Counted from the stretch's first letter, positions 1 through 13,215 are shown. The stretch is 64,000 nucleotides of DNA from Chrysomallon squamiferum (GCA_012295275.1 CM022671.1:7688001-7752000); one strand, 5' to 3'. Notes: generated by a model from the sequence alone, not told the origin. Translations and numbers: made by a program.

Positions 1-20
1 ATGGTTTACATGAACAGGAG
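1..20 (+). CDS. NCOR: NCoR exon (partial, 3' end): (D)GLHEQE
   Basis: Resembles NCoR DGLSEQE preceding the DAD; donor GTGAGA at 21; phase 0 matches the next exon. Confidence 0.8.
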
Positions 21-551
21 GTGAGAGAGAGTTTCTGTTACAGATATTCATTACATACATAAACAGCTGTAAAGTGGAAGGACAAAGCCAACATTTCAGA
101 ATTGAACACCATTGCTGTCCTGTTGTGTTATTACCCCAGTTTAACTAATACTCCTTTTAATACAGTTTTATTTAATTTTTACTTCATCACAGATTCGTGT
201 GTGTGTGTGTGTGTGTGTGGGTGTGTTTTTCTGTGTCTGTGTCTGTGTCTGTGTCTGTGGAAAGAGAGAGAGAGAAAATAATTTTAATATAATATCTGGT
301 GATGAATATAACATTTAACTCAAACCAAAATCCTTATATGCAGAATAAATTTTCTAATACATTATTAAATTTTAACTAGGCAACCAGTGTAAACAGATAT
401 TCTGAATACTTTATTCTCTTTACTTGTTATATCATAATTTAAAAAATAAGAATTATAATAAATTTCATTTTATTTTTCTTCAAATCATAATAAAAGACAG
501 TGTGATCAGAACAGTAAGATTATGTATAGTTTGGACATATTTGTTTCACAG

Positions 552-785
552 GAGGAGGACAAGAAGATGCGTAGCTATGCCGTAATACCGCCGATGATGT
601 TGGATGCTCGACAGAGGAAGATGCGTTTCCTCAACAACAATGGCTTGATCGAGGATCCCATGGAGCAGTACAAACTAGTGCAGCAGATTAACAAGTGGAC
701 AGATCAGGAGAAACAGATATTCAAAGAAAAACATCTACAGCATCCCAAAAATTTTGTCCTTATTGCTCAGTACTTGCCCAAAAAG
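552..785 (+). CDS. NCOR: NCoR exon: DAD / SANT1 N-part
   Basis: tttcacag acceptor, EEDKKMRSYAVIPPMM...WTDQEKQIF...PKNFVLIAQYLPKK, donor GTACGA. Confidence 0.95.
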
Positions 786-1188
786 GTACGAATCTCATCA
801 CCAGTGCAAGAAATTCAAAGAAATTAAAGATTATTTTGTAGTTTATTTTAAATATTATGTTTTCTTTGGTTTGGTTGTTGTTGGGTTTTTACCCAATTGT
901 CAGGCAGTTTTTGTTATATGGGTGTTGTTTGATTAAAATTGTTATTGTAAATACTCTTATTTTATGATTATTATTATTTTATTATCTGTTTTTGTATATA
1001 TTTTTTATTAAAGTTTATTTTCTTAGTGTTTATGTGTGTGTTTATTATTTTATTATATATTTATTTATTTACCATCAAGTTTCTAGTTATTATAAAACTT
1101 TAAGTATTGTTTATCATGTTATTTATTTATCATTATCTTGTTATCTATTATACTAACATCATGTATTTATTTGTGTTTTTTCTATCAG

Positions 1189-1299
1189 TCTGTACCCGAC
1201 TGTGTTCAGTTTTACTACCTCAACAAGAAGAATGAAAACTACAAACAGCTGCTGAGAAAACAGAGTATGAAGAGAAAGAGAACAATGCAGAAAACACAG
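1189..1299 (+). CDS. NCOR: NCoR exon: SANT1 C-part
   Basis: SVPDCVQFYYLNKKNENYKQLLRK; acceptor tctatcag, donor GTGTGA; 37 codons, phase 0-0. Confidence 0.95.
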
Positions 1300-1577
1300 G
1301 TGTGATTAAAACTCTATTGATAATATCCAGTTTACCTTCAAATAGTTTATCTCTCCATTGTAATTATAATTTTTTTTATTAATACAGTTGTTGTTTTAAA
1401 AATATAGGTGTATAGTTATTAAATAATAATAATAATATTAATAAAAAAACATGTTAATACAAATTTTAAATATTTAAAATAAGAAAGAAAACATTTTAAA
1501 ATTTTTTTTTTTTTTAAAGTAAATGTGCAGTTCATGAAGATTAGTATTTTACAAAACTAATGTAGTATTTCCTTCAG

Positions 1578-1672
1578 GCTCAGACTCAATCCCAGCCACA
1601 GCCACCCACTCCTTTGAAGGAGGAGCCAGGAGTCGAACCTGATCCAGAAAAGGAGGATGTCAGCAGTTCAGT
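1578..1672 (+). CDS. NCOR: NCoR exon: Q/P/E-rich linker
   Basis: ccttcag acceptor, open frame AQTQSQPQPPTPLKEEPG..., donor GTATGT, phase 0-2. Confidence 0.85.
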
Positions 1673-2232
1673 GTATGTACTTTCTTTGTGTGTATTTTTC
1701 TGTTTTTGTCACAAAAATATTTATTGTTCAGTGTCTTAAAAAAAAAAAAAAAAAAATAGAAGAATGAGGTTTCTTAAATATGTAGTTACACTGTAATGAA
1801 AATAAATGTTAGAAATTAGTATTTCAGCCTAATTTTCTCCCAAGCTGTTAAATTATCCTTTGTAATGTGTAACCCTCCATTTACCAAAATTCGTCATCTA
1901 TACAAAGTTTTTGTTCAGTTTATTTGTCCAGCAATATAAAAGTGTTCAAATAAATTAAATAACTGTTACAAGTGAGTTGGTTATTATTTACAGTACAAGG
2001 CTTTGGGGAATTGAGATAGGTGACTAATTAAGATACAGATATATACACTTGTATTAATGTAAACAGCAGTAAAAAGTGTAACTTGTGCAGCTTTATTAAA
2101 ATTAAATTTGTTTTGCCCAGTCTGTCACACGTAGTAATAATAGACATAGAAACTAGTTTGTAGAAGGAGAGAGAAAAAAAAAGTCTTGTTTCAAAATTAC
2201 AAGTGTGTATGTTTTTGATTTCTCTGTTTCAG

Positions 2233-2339
2233 TGTTAAAGAAGAGGAAGAAAAAGAAGTTCCTGCAGCAGGAGAGGAAGTTTCATCTGATGAAGAGATGC
2301 CACCAACTACTACAACAGCAGTTCCAGCATCTGAAGATG
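2233..2339 (+). CDS. NCOR: NCoR exon: acidic linker
   Basis: gtttcag acceptor, VKEEEEKEVPAAGEEVSSDEE..., donor GTGAGT, phase 2-1. Confidence 0.85.
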
Positions 2340-3071
2340 GTGAGTATCTGTTGCCTTGATTTAAAAAAATGGTATCATTAACATGAGAGTTAAAACAGAG
2401 TGTGGGCCTGCTAGCCTTGTATTATTATAATATCTAAAATGTTGTTTTTTGGGTTTTTTTCTTCCCTATCATGCTTGTACTACCAATATGTTTTGAACTT
2501 AATTTCCCAGGTCTCTTAAAATAACTGTTCATTTGACTTGTATCAAAATACATTATTCGCTAAAAATCTCTTGTCACTGTTCTTTATAACATAATCTAAG
2601 TTACCTTTTTTTAATCTTATTTTGTTAGATAGGGAGATAATATGTGTCCCCAGTAACAATAATCTGTGTTTATACTGAATCGTAAATCTTGTTATTATGT
2701 TACATGTGTTCAGTTATGAATTTTTATTGTCTGCTGTATTGAATGTTATGGGTGTATACAGTTTTCACATTGTAGAGATGATGTATTTGTTGTCTGGTGT
2801 GCAGTCATTAATATGTACTAGTCTTTCAATACTCATATGTAATTGAAAACTTTTCTCTTTTTTCTGCCTAATAAAATTTATAAATTATTTATTATTAGAA
2901 TTAATATACTTGTAGTTTATAAATAAAATTATAATAATCGTTTTGTTTTTATTGCACACTTAAAGTTGTTCAGCTGAAACAGTGGATTTATATATATTAT
3001 TGTTATTATTATAATCATCATTTTCTAACTGTCATCAAATTATTATTATATATATATTTTTTTTTTTTTAG

Positions 3072-3243
3072 GAGGTGTACATCAGTGTGCTGTATGTAAA
3101 ACACAACTAGAGAACTATGGAATGAGTCGACCTTTGACCCAGACTAACTGTGAACTGTATGGATTGACAGAGGGCGACCTCCGACCTGACATGAGAGTGT
3201 GCTCTAGCTGTCGATGTCGCTCAGTGCGAAGGCGATACACTTC
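3072..3243 (+). CDS. NCOR: NCoR exon: Cys-rich module 1 (CAVC...CSSC)
   Basis: Poly-T tag acceptor, open frame, donor GTAAGT, phase 1-2 consistent with neighbours. Confidence 0.9.
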
Positions 3244-3466
3244 GTAAGTTCACATTCATTTCATCACTGCCCGTTTGTTTGTTTTTTTCCATTCCTAAAA
3301 ATTACATCAGCACTTTCCACAGTTGGCAGTGTTTTTTTGCCTCTCCAGAGGATTGTGGAAATTTCCTAAAGGGATAAAAGAGACAGTTGTTTTAGAATTT
3401 CTCTGACAGTCAGTTGTTACGTTTTTAAATAACTTGTATTCAGTGTTCAATGTTTTCAATTACCAG

Positions 3467-3582
3467 ATGCCCTGTGCCGTCCTGCAAGACGCCAAAAAGA
3501 AAAGTTAAGAGACTGAGACCTTTCCCAGCAAAATGGGCAGAACTGACGGAGCAGGTGAAAGAGCCAATCATGAAAGAATTAC
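3467..3582 (+). CDS. NCOR: NCoR exon: Cys-rich module 2 N-part (CPVPSC...PFP..W)
   Basis: taccag acceptor, donor GTAAGT, phase 2-1; overlaps ORF 3450..3683. Confidence 0.9.
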
Positions 3583-4029
3583 GTAAGTTTTTATGTAACG
3601 TGTATATATATTTGTTTATTTATCAGTCTTTCCCTCTCTCCACACGCACGCACACATGCATATGCACGGTGTGTCTTCTCTAACTCTGTTAGTGAAAGAT
3701 ACAAATTCATTATTTTATTTGAAAATGTGTGGGCTTGGTATAATAATAATAATAACTGGACTTTTTAGACAGTAAACAAATACCCAAGATTTTGTAGAAT
3801 AACAAAAACAGATAACTGTCACCTTTTCTTTTTTAAACTAGTTTTCTCAAATTAATTATTATTTGTTTTTATTTTACATGTAGATACACACAAACAAACT
3901 TTAATTATCCGATTTCGTATTTGTGCGGAAGTAAAGCAGACATTTAAGCCCACAAAAAGTGGATTAACAACTTTTATTATTAAGTAATTATTTTGTGTTT
4001 ATATTTTATTTTATTTTTATTCCAATCAG

Positions 4030-4149
4030 AACTGACTGATGAAATCAACCGGTGTTGTTCTGCTTGTTTTAACCGAATTGCCAGGAAGCTTGGCAATCAC
4101 CCACAGACTAATGAACCATTAGTGGCACTAGTTCCTGAAAATACTGACG
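4030..4149 (+). CDS. NCOR: NCoR exon: Cys-rich module 2 C-part (CCSACF)
   Basis: aatcag acceptor, donor GTATGT, phase 1-1. Confidence 0.9.
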
Positions 4150-4336
4150 GTATGTTACATTACATAATCATTCTTCTTTATTAATTGAATGACCGTTTTT
4201 TGTAATTTAAGCATTTAAAAACACAAAATGAGAAACCCATAATACTTTAATTTAATAATCACAAAAATAGTCCTAATTAGCAAGGTTTTTTGACAATTTG
4301 AGCACAATTTGATTGTGTGTTGAGGTAGGTGTAAAA

Positions 4337-4369
<33 letters not shown>

Positions 4370-4695
4370 TCTGTAATTAGTGAATTAGAGTTAGGAGCGT
4401 GGAAGGAACTTTCTGTCATTTAAACAATGATATTAAACTTTATCATAAAAGATTTTTTTTTTTTGAATCAGCAATAAAAATATAATTATTGTTTTCATAA
4501 TTTGAATGTTAGTGATCATTATTTTTTATTTTTTTATTATTAGTATTATTTTTTTTTTTTAATTTGTAGGATTATCCAGATCATATGTTAATCTTCCCGA
4601 TAGTTAAGAATATTTCTGTTCAGCTTTTTAAATTTAATTATGAACATTATCAGCGCAGAAATGTTACATTACGAGATTTAATATATCAATTTCAG

Positions 4696-4749
4696 AAGTC
4701 GTAGAAACCTCTAGGTGGACAGAAGAAGAAATGGATATAGCAAAACAAG
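4696..4749 (+). CDS. NCOR: NCoR exon: SANT2 start
   Basis: VVETSRWTEEEMDIAKQG; tttcag acceptor, donor GTAATG. Confidence 0.93.
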
Positions 4750-5020
4750 GTAATGATTTTACTCAACCACAACAAAATAATAATAATAATAATAATAGAA
4801 AAAAAACAAAACAAAAAAGCCTCAGTCTTTGATATAGTGAAATTTAGCATGTGCTTTTTAACCTGTGAGAAACTGCATGTAAAAGATTTCTTATTGCTAA
4901 ACAGTAAGAGCTACCCATAAAATGGTTACATCAGCTTTTCATACTGTTCTTATTCTATATTCACATCTGACAAATAATAAATGGTTAATAAAGCACCCTT
5001 TTCACAGAGTAAAAGGCATG

Positions 5021-5185
5021 TACCAGTGAAACTTCTCAAAACCTAGTGAAAATTTGGTTTGGAGGATTATTTAGTTTACAGCAGTTTTAGGTTTCAGTGA
5101 CTGATAATTAAAAAAGCATGGAAATTGTTCAGTTTTGTGTGAATTCCAGTTTACTGTAGGTCAGATTTTGATATGTGTTAATGTA
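5021..5185. mobile_element. Highly decayed MITE-like remnant (CAGTGAAAC...TCAAAACC type end)
   Basis: Left end cagtgaaacttctcaaaacc, with internal and terminal degenerate complements (ggtttggagga, ttttaggtttcagtg, gattttgatatgtg). Confidence 0.3.
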
Positions 5186-5500
5186 TTGTATTCAAAGTAT
5201 TCACTGGAGTATATACTCAACAGTGAAAGATTTATCTGAATAAAAGAACAGATTTATGTAGAAAACTGTTTAAAAGAATATAAATATTTATGATTTATGA
5301 TGAGAAAGAAAAACGATAAATCATACTCCTACTTATTAACAGGAAATGTTAAAATAATGCAAGGAAACATAGAAGTGTAATATGCCCTTTTTAAATTATT
5401 TATGATTAATTGCAACTGTCTCTGCTGTTTCCAGTGTTTAAAATTTTTTTAAATAATAATAAAAATTAATACATGTGTTAAATTGTTGCTGTATGTTTAG

Positions 5501-5640
5501 GTCTGCGTGATCATGGACGTGACTGGGCTGCAATTGCTGGAGTTGTAGGGACTAAGACAGAAGCGCAGTGTAAAAACTTCTACTTCAACTACAAGAAAAA
5601 GTTTAACCTGGAAGCCATTCTGGAGGAGCACAAATCAAAG
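5501..5640 (+). CDS. NCOR: NCoR exon: SANT2
   Basis: [36 protein letters not shown]; donor GTCGGT. Confidence 0.96.
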
Positions 5641-6323
5641 GTCGGTCTTGTTTCACTCTTTAGTTATGTATGCTCAGTCTTGTGATTATTGATGCTTATG
5701 TTAATAAAAATGTTAAATATTTAAATTGAACTGGCAATGGTAACAGTAAGAATGTTAAAACACTGCTTCTTTTCAATGGTATTAATATTTAAAAATAAAA
5801 AAAAGAAGAAAAACAAAATAATAATGTTGTACTGAACATGATTTCTTTTGTCACTGTTTTATGTTGTTTCAGTTTGTTTGACACACTTACAATTCCAAAA
5901 TTTATAAAATTTATCTTGACTTTTGAACCAGAAATAATTTTTATTAAACAGATTAAATGTTATTTAAAACATTCATAAAAATAGGTCTGTTTTAAAAAAA
6001 AATTCAATTTATAACAATTAGTCCATTTATTTAACATCTTGAGGAGTTTGTTCTTGTTGGGGTTTTTCGGTGGGGGGCTTATCCTTTTTTTTTTTTCATA
6101 GAATAAATGTTTTCTTCATTTTTAAAATTCAAATAAAATAATAAAGATTATTCAGTTAGCAGTCAGTCATTATTTAATTTTAAAAGTGATGAACAAAATC
6201 TCAAATTTATTTTTAAACTAATGAAAATTAGAGAAGATACTTAAAATATAAAACAGAAAAAGACACAGAGAGAGAAGTGAAACAAGAAACATGTTAAATA
6301 TTATTTTGTTATTTGACTTACAG

Positions 6324-6480
6324 TCTGATAGAAGAACAGTTTCAGTTTCTGAAAGTATGGCATCTACCGTGACAGCTCCATCTGAGGAAGATGGATCATC
6401 AAGTGATGAGGACCACCCTGAGGACGATGATTCTGACACAGCCAGTGCTCCTAGCCCAACACCTTTACAGATTGAAGAAG
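6324..6480 (+). CDS. NCOR: NCoR exon: acidic/Ser-rich (DSDTASAPSP)
   Basis: ttacag acceptor, donor GTTTGT, phase 0-1; similar to NCoR SDTESAPSP. Confidence 0.9.
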
Positions 6481-6745
6481 GTTTGTTGTTTCATTAAAAA
6501 CTGAGGGAAAAAAAGAAAATAGAAAAAGAAAAAGAAAGGACAGGAAAAGAAGAACAAACATAAAGGATAAAATAATTTTTTTTTAAATAATATTTCTATG
6601 CTAACAAAAAGAACTTACGATTAATTTTTGGTTGAGCTATTTATTCAAAAAAAATAATAATTTATTTTATTTATTTAATTTTAATAACAATTCATTTTAT
6701 AATTAAAAAAAAAATTAACTTCAAAAGTTTCTGTTTCAATTTTAG

Positions 6746-7432
6746 GTAATGATGCTGAAACTAAACAAGAATCTGTGCCAGCTCCCGAGGACACGGAAAT
6801 GGAACCCCCTGGTCCTACAACAGGACTGCCTCCTGGCAGTCTAGCTAAGAACAAACCTCTGAGTGCATCTAATGGCAGTCTGCGAAGTATTCCAGACAAT
6901 GACAGCAGTGCAACAATGAGTGCAGACGAGGGCCCCATGCCAGCTCCAAGCACCACAGCAATGCCACAGCAACAGAATGATGATAATTTAACTCCAGCAG
7001 CTGCTACTGGACCGGCTACCACTCCTCAGCAAAGTGAAATGTATGAGCAAAAAAGTCCTCGTCCCACTTCAACTCCCGGCACCCCAGGAAGCTTGCCCCC
7101 GAGTGGATCCCCATACAGTCGACTTAGTCCGAGTCTCAGTGGGGGTAAGGGTCCCAGCCCTGGGGCTGTGTCAGGAATACGGCCTCCTAGTCGTGAAATC
7201 AGAGAATTGCTTCCCACTGGTAGTATGAAATCTATGTCTCCATTTAACCAGTCTCCTCGACCACCTAGCAGTAATTCTGATGGAGGTCAAGGAATCATTG
7301 CATCCCAGTTGTATGGTCAAGCAGATAAGAAGCAGCTTCAGCAGCAGCAGCAGCAGCAGATAGGAAAACATCCCTGTGTTAGAGATCTGATCCATTCAGC
7401 AATTGAGAAAAATCTTGAACACAATGGAAGCA
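6746..7432 (+). CDS. NCOR: NCoR exon: DSSATMSADE motif, poly-Q, CoRNR-like VRDLIHSAIEKNL
   Basis: DNDSSATMSADE resembles NCoR DNDSSATCSADE; ttttag acceptor, donor GTGAGT, phase 1-1. Confidence 0.93.
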
Positions 7433-7698
7433 GTGAGTTTTGAATATAATTTAAGGAAGTAAAATAAAAATTTCAACGTTATCTTCTGTGACCATATAAA
7501 ACATTAAATCTGTAGCAAGGTAAACCTGTAACAGTGAAGTTTAAAGTTTCAGTAAAAGCAATGTCAATCTATTTTTCACATTACTTTTTGACATATTAAA
7601 CAAAAATTAAAACAGTATTTATTATATAAAACAGTTTATGCTGTTTTTCTAATATATGAAAAAGAAATCAAAGCAGTTTGATACTTTTTTATTTTTAG

Positions 7699-10509
7699 GA
7701 CCACCATCTGCTGAGAACATGTCTGTCCAGCAATCACCTGCAGGATCTGCAGCAAACCAGGCCATTCCTCAGGATCTGAGGAAAGAGAAGAGAGAGGTTC
7801 TTCCCCAGCCCATGGTGGGTAGCCAGAGAAGCTTGCCACCTTATGGAATGGTAACAGATCCCAGAGAAGACCTGTCTCGCCGCCCTTTGGAGTTTGTTGA
7901 TAAAGGTGCCCATGGTTACAAAGGAGATCCCCATGACTTCACTCCACACTCGAATCTGTACAGACCTGACAGAGTTCAAACAGGTCCCCCTCTTGTCCCT
8001 CCCCCAGCTCATGCACACCACACATCATCAGTACACCAGCCAGAGGGAGTTCTGCCTCTGAAAACAGGCACCCCTGATAGTCAGGACAAATCAATGCTAT
8101 ATCCACCAGATCACTCACGTTCTTTATCACCTGCAGTTCGTGGAGGCCAGCATGGCTCCAATTCTCCATACTCTGCTGGAGTCCATATGTCATCTGTAGA
8201 GCAAGTGTCCAGAACTCCATTTCCACCCCCACCACCACTAATTAATGATTCAAAGACTCCACCCAAGCTAGCAAGATCATCTCCCACTGCCCACCGACTT
8301 CCCACTGGATCAATTACACATGGGACTCCAGTCAGTCATCATGGAGGAGTTTCTCCACTGGGGAATCCAGTAAGCAGTTCTTCAGGTCAGAGAAGACTGG
8401 AGGCTGTTTCCCGGCAGTCAACACCACCATCAGCTGCCCAGAGAATGGAAGGTTCCATTACTAAAGGAACTCCTATGAACCGGGAAGGAGGCATGGGTCG
8501 AGCTAATCCTGTGCTCCAAGGAATGATGGTGGATCCTGCTGCAATGGGAAGAGGTCCTCAGATGATGTACGAACAAGGATTTAGACCTGGTGTGCCTCCT
8601 TCAAATTATGAAAGAGGAGTGGAGATTCCAAAGAATCCACAAAGTGGTTACTACTCCAATGTTCAGTTTCCATACCAGGAGCAGCCTATTCCATACAGTT
8701 CAAGAGCTACCATCACAAATGACTTTTTCACAGCAAAACAGATGCCTAGGAAATCGCCTGTGGCTCAAGAGAAGGAAGGACGTTTATCTCCAAGAGGAAG
8801 GGAGGGAACCCCAAGAGGAGGTTATCCAGGAGCTATGGATCCAAGAATGAGCCATCCACAGATGGTGCAGGCTTACAATACTCCACAAGGAATAGTTTAT
8901 ATGCCTCCTCCTTCAGCAGCAGACAGAGGGAAAAGCTCGCCTATGCCAAGAGGAACTCCATCTCCCAGAGATGAAAAAGGAGGAATTTGGCAAATGGGCC
9001 ACCCTCCTCATCAACCTACCAGCACACCAAGCAGCATACCAGTTGACCATCATCCACCTCCCAGGCCCAGCATTGTCATGGGAACTGGAAAACCTAGTCA
9101 AATGGCAGAACCAATGATGTCAGTTAAAGTTGATCCACAGATGCCAGACAGCACGAGCATTCAGCAGCATCAGGCCATTTCCCCGCGGCAGTCAGATCAC
9201 AGCAGCCTGATGGTGCACCAGGATCCCAATCGCCAGCGCTTGTCTCCCAGCCAGGGCATGAGGCGATCCTACAGACCTGATCAGAGTGAGGCCAGCAGTG
9301 AAAGAGAACGTATGCAGCAGATGCAGGGAGGTTGGGGTCAGCCTATTCCTGGTCACCATAAGGACCAGTCCCAGGCTGGAAGGCAGTATGAAATGCACCC
9401 TGGAGCCATGGCTGAGCACAATCGTCGCAGTGAGAGAGAACGCATGTCTATGGCAAAGAATTTACCATATCCGTCAAAGGATGGACGATTAGTACGTGAC
9501 ATGTATGGAGCCCCTCACCCAAATGAGAGAAATATAAGAGGTTCAGAGATGCCCACTTCATCAGAAATCTCTTCACGTCTTATTACCGATCCAGCATATG
9601 TAAGACAGAAGATAGGAGAAAATCCTAATTCATCTGTAATCATGTCTGGTGCTTTCCAGAAAGACCCTTCTAGTGCTCCTGCAGGTAATCAGCCCAGGGC
9701 AAGTTTAACAGCAGCCACTCTGATTGATGCCATCATTACCCATGAGATTAATCAGACTAATCCTGATGACAAAAAAGGTGAGAAAAGATCAGGTTCCAAC
9801 TCCCAGTCACCATTAAGCAGAGAGTTTCAGAAAGGACTGTCAGAGGCTCCTCCAAATGAAGGACGATCCACAACACCGATCAGTTCATCGGTAGGAAAGT
9901 TCAACAAGGTTCGCAAATACTACAGTGAGGGCAACGTTCCCAGACATGAGGTGGATATGGAAAGAAGCCCAATAATGCCCTGCTCTATGCCCAGCGTCAC
10001 TTCACAGGATCACACCCAGATGTCTGTGGTTCACAGCAGCATGCATCCTCAGATGATGCATCCAGGTCAAGGAATGATGCCAGTACACGCACAGTTTCCC
10101 AATCAGATGCCACCCCACAGTCAGAGTTACTCAGCTAGCTCAAGTCTCCCTCAGTCTGTAGTCCATGGTCAGTGCAGTCCACAAGGAATGGGTGACCCCA
10201 GCAGTCACAGCCACATGTATCCTAACAATCAGGATCAGATGTATCCTGGCAGTATTTCACAGGGTCAAGCTCGAAGTGCTAACAACCAAATGCAGAACAG
10301 ACCAGACAGTCAAGATTCAGGACAGCCAGGTATGCAGGTACCCACAAGTGCCCCCAGCAAAGAGGGTGGGATTACACTGGGTGAACACATTGATGCAATC
10401 ATCATAAATGATTATCACAGCAAAAAGAAGTCGACTGCAATGGGATCAGAATCGTTTCAGAGAGGAACTCTAATGAGTCAGATCAATGAGAGTTCTGGAC
10501 CTCCAACAC
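7699..10509 (+). CDS. NCOR: NCoR giant exon (2,811 nt): GSI motifs, ITS-like motif, two CoRNR boxes
   Basis: Lies within ORF 7656..10538. GSITHGTP 8307-8330, GSITKGTP 8451-8474, RATITNDFFTAKQM 8703-8744, LTAATLIDAIITHEI 9705-9749, ITLGEHIDAIIINDY 10371-10415; donor GTGAGT. Confidence 0.95.
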
Positions 10510-11234
10510 GTGAGTGTTTAATTAGTTTCTTTTATTAAAGTAGTTTGTCCTGGATGCCAGTATTTTGATGATTTCATAATTCCATCTGTGTTACTTGGTT
10601 TTTATTTTTTATTTTTTATTATTATTATTTTTTTTTATATTATTTTTTATTATTATTTTTTTTTTTTTTCATGACATTTTGAACATCTTTCTTTTATTAA
10701 AGTAGTTAGACCTGGATTTAGGTATGCCAGTATTCTACAAATTTCCTAATATAACTCTGTGTTACATTCCTTATTAAATATTTTGAACATTTTATTTATT
10801 TTATTTGTTTTTGTTAATGTAGTTAGTCCTGTACTTAAGTGTTCCAGTATTTTGCAGATTCCTATTTTCATTGTTACTTTGTTTTTATAGATATTCTGAA
10901 TATACTCTTTACTTCTTTTTGTCTTATAATATCGCTTTGATATTTTATTGTTTAATTCTTTTGAACATAAACACAAATTTGTATATATATATATATATAT
11001 ACACACACATACACATACAGAGATATACATTTCATCAAAATACATTTATGATTTAAAAACAAGGTTTATCATTACATGCACATTACTTATTTAAAATGCT
11101 ATGACAAAAATATCAAGATTATAAAAAAATTAAAAAAAAATTAAAAAAATGTAAATAAGACTTTCAAAATACACAGATCTTTTCTGTTTTAATTTCTAAA
11201 TATTTAATTAATTTATTTATTTATGGATGGTTAG

Positions 11235-11407
11235 AACCCTCCACAACAGTTACAGAAAGTCAGTCCATACTGTCCAGGCTGACTCCTCCAATAAGTCAGA
11301 CCTCTCCAAAGGATGTTGTTGGATCATCATCTGACAGCCAGAGGCCACGAAGTCATTCAGCTAATGTGTATGACATGTACCAGTGGAAGAAACGTGCTCA
11401 GCATCAG
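11235..11407 (+). CDS. NCOR: NCoR exon (PSTTVTESQSILSRL...WKKRAQHQ)
   Basis: Open frame, phase 1-0 bridging its neighbours, donor GTGAGC. Not in the ORF track because it is under 60 aa. Confidence 0.85.
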
Positions 11408-11988
11408 GTGAGCTGATAGGTTCTTAAACATCTTAGAAGTTTTCGTTTATCTAATTTTGATAGTACAGCTACTCCCCTATTTGCATATGATGTCTTCTCT
11501 GGCCTTAGCACTGTTGCAGAAAAGAAAGAGAAAAAAAAAAAAAGATAAATAAAAATCATGGTTCACTCACTGATGGGAGAAATAAGCAAATGTTAGGTAA
11601 TATTATTTTATAAACAAATACCAGTCAATTGTCCATTTTGTGTCATGTTCGGTCAGTCAGAATGAAACTAAGTTGTAAATTGGGGACTGAATATCAATAT
11701 TATATAGGTATCAACAAGTCATTTTTATAATAGATAACTGCCAACAGTTTATAAAAACTAGCTATCAACAATTCATTTTTCTTTATTTCATTTTTTGTTA
11801 CTTGTTTTTTTTTTTTCTTTTTTTTCTTTTCTTTTTTTTTTTTTTTTTTTTTTGTTTGTTACATAATGTGTTAAAATTTCATTAATAAAAATCACTATTG
11901 CAAATTATCATTGTTATTATAATTATTATTATTATTATTATTATTTAAATTTGACCCTTCTCTCTCTCTCTCTCTCTCTCTACTTCAG

Positions 11989-12169
11989 CATGAGATGATG
12001 GATCAGCAGTTGTCTGGGTCTGGTGTTCAGGAAGGCATGCATCCTCACTCGAGAGCGGACACAGGTCGGTCAGACAGTGTGCATGTTTCTGACACTCATA
12101 GCCAGTGTTATTCTGACGATCAGGCTGCACCTCACCTTGGTGATGTTATTGAGCCCATTTCACCTCCAG
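11989..12169 (+). CDS. NCOR: NCoR exon containing EPISPP motif
   Basis: (CT)n tract plus cttcag acceptor. EPISPP also occurs in vertebrate NCoR1. Phase-1 donor GTAGAC matches the last exon; an alternative phase-1 donor GTCGGT lies at 12065. Confidence 0.82.
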
Positions 12170-12409
12170 GTAGACAATCTGCCACATATCTGCAGGTGTT
12201 CTAATCTTTCTTCCCTATTCTAGTTGGTTGCTTGCAGCTTCTTATTTTATTTTATTTGTTGTGGGGTTGTTGGTATTTTTTTTTTTTTTTTTTTTATTAT
12301 TATTATTATTTTTTTTTTTTTTTTTTTGGTGTGTGCGTGTGTGGTTTTATCTTGTAGCATATGCAGCTTGCTTTACACATTTTTTAAGTCTGTAGTATTA
12401 TTGTTGTTC

Positions 12410-12444
<35 letters not shown>

Positions 12445-12606
12445 TAATCTCTTTTTAATTATGATTAATAATTATTATATATATATTTTTTGTTTTAATT
12501 ATATATATATTTTTTATTTTTAATTATTGTATATATATTTTTTTTAATTTTTTTTTTTTGTGGATGTGTCTTTGTTGTTTTTTTTAATTATTATTAAGAT
12601 GACTTT

Positions 12607-12645
<39 letters not shown>

Positions 12646-12944
12646 TTTAGTACCTGCTCTTGCATGGGTAATTTATTCATTCCTCTTGCTGCCATATATA
12701 ATATTTTAAACCTGCTTATGCAGTTCCTGGCTGATTTATTTGTATTTGTCCACCTGTTTCAGTTTGTTTATTTTTTATTTTTTATTTATTTTTTATTTTT
12801 TATTATTGCCCTCAGCTTTATGTTTAGTTATATGAGTGCTTTTGCACTAAAACTCATTGTGCAGTTTGAGAACATTCACTGTTTAAAAACATTTACATTG
12901 TACAACTCTTGCTACATGGCCAGACTCTTCATTATATTTGACAG

Positions 12945-13215
12945 TTTGCAGCATGGCTGTAGTGAAATGTTGTATACACATAAGTCAGATACACATTTAG
13001 TTTTATTTTGAACATCTGTATTAAAAGACTTTTAGATAGAAAATGGACTGAACAAGAATATGAATAATTTGTTTTATGGCTGTACATGAATAAATCAGAT
13101 ACATACATATTTTAGTTTGAACATCTGTGTCTGATTTATATAAACTTTAAAAGAGAAAATGAATTGAATGTGTCTTGCAGCAGTTTTGCACTATGGCTGC
13201 ACTGGAATAGTGTGC
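12945..13215. repeat. Diverged ~120-bp tandem duplication
   Basis: atggctgta...tcagataca...tttgaacatctgt...agaaaatg.a.tgaa occurs twice, plus a partial third copy. Confidence 0.6.

Noticed and set aside
7332-7359. CAG/poly-Q tract in NCoR
   Set aside because: Only seven consecutive Gln; short poly-Q runs are ordinary in this family.
12224-13011. Hydrophobic F/L/I-rich ORFs resembling membrane proteins (also 34715, 36166, 37190, 50183-50929, 51837, 57059)
   Set aside because: Artefacts of poly-T and (ATT)n tracts in introns and UTRs.
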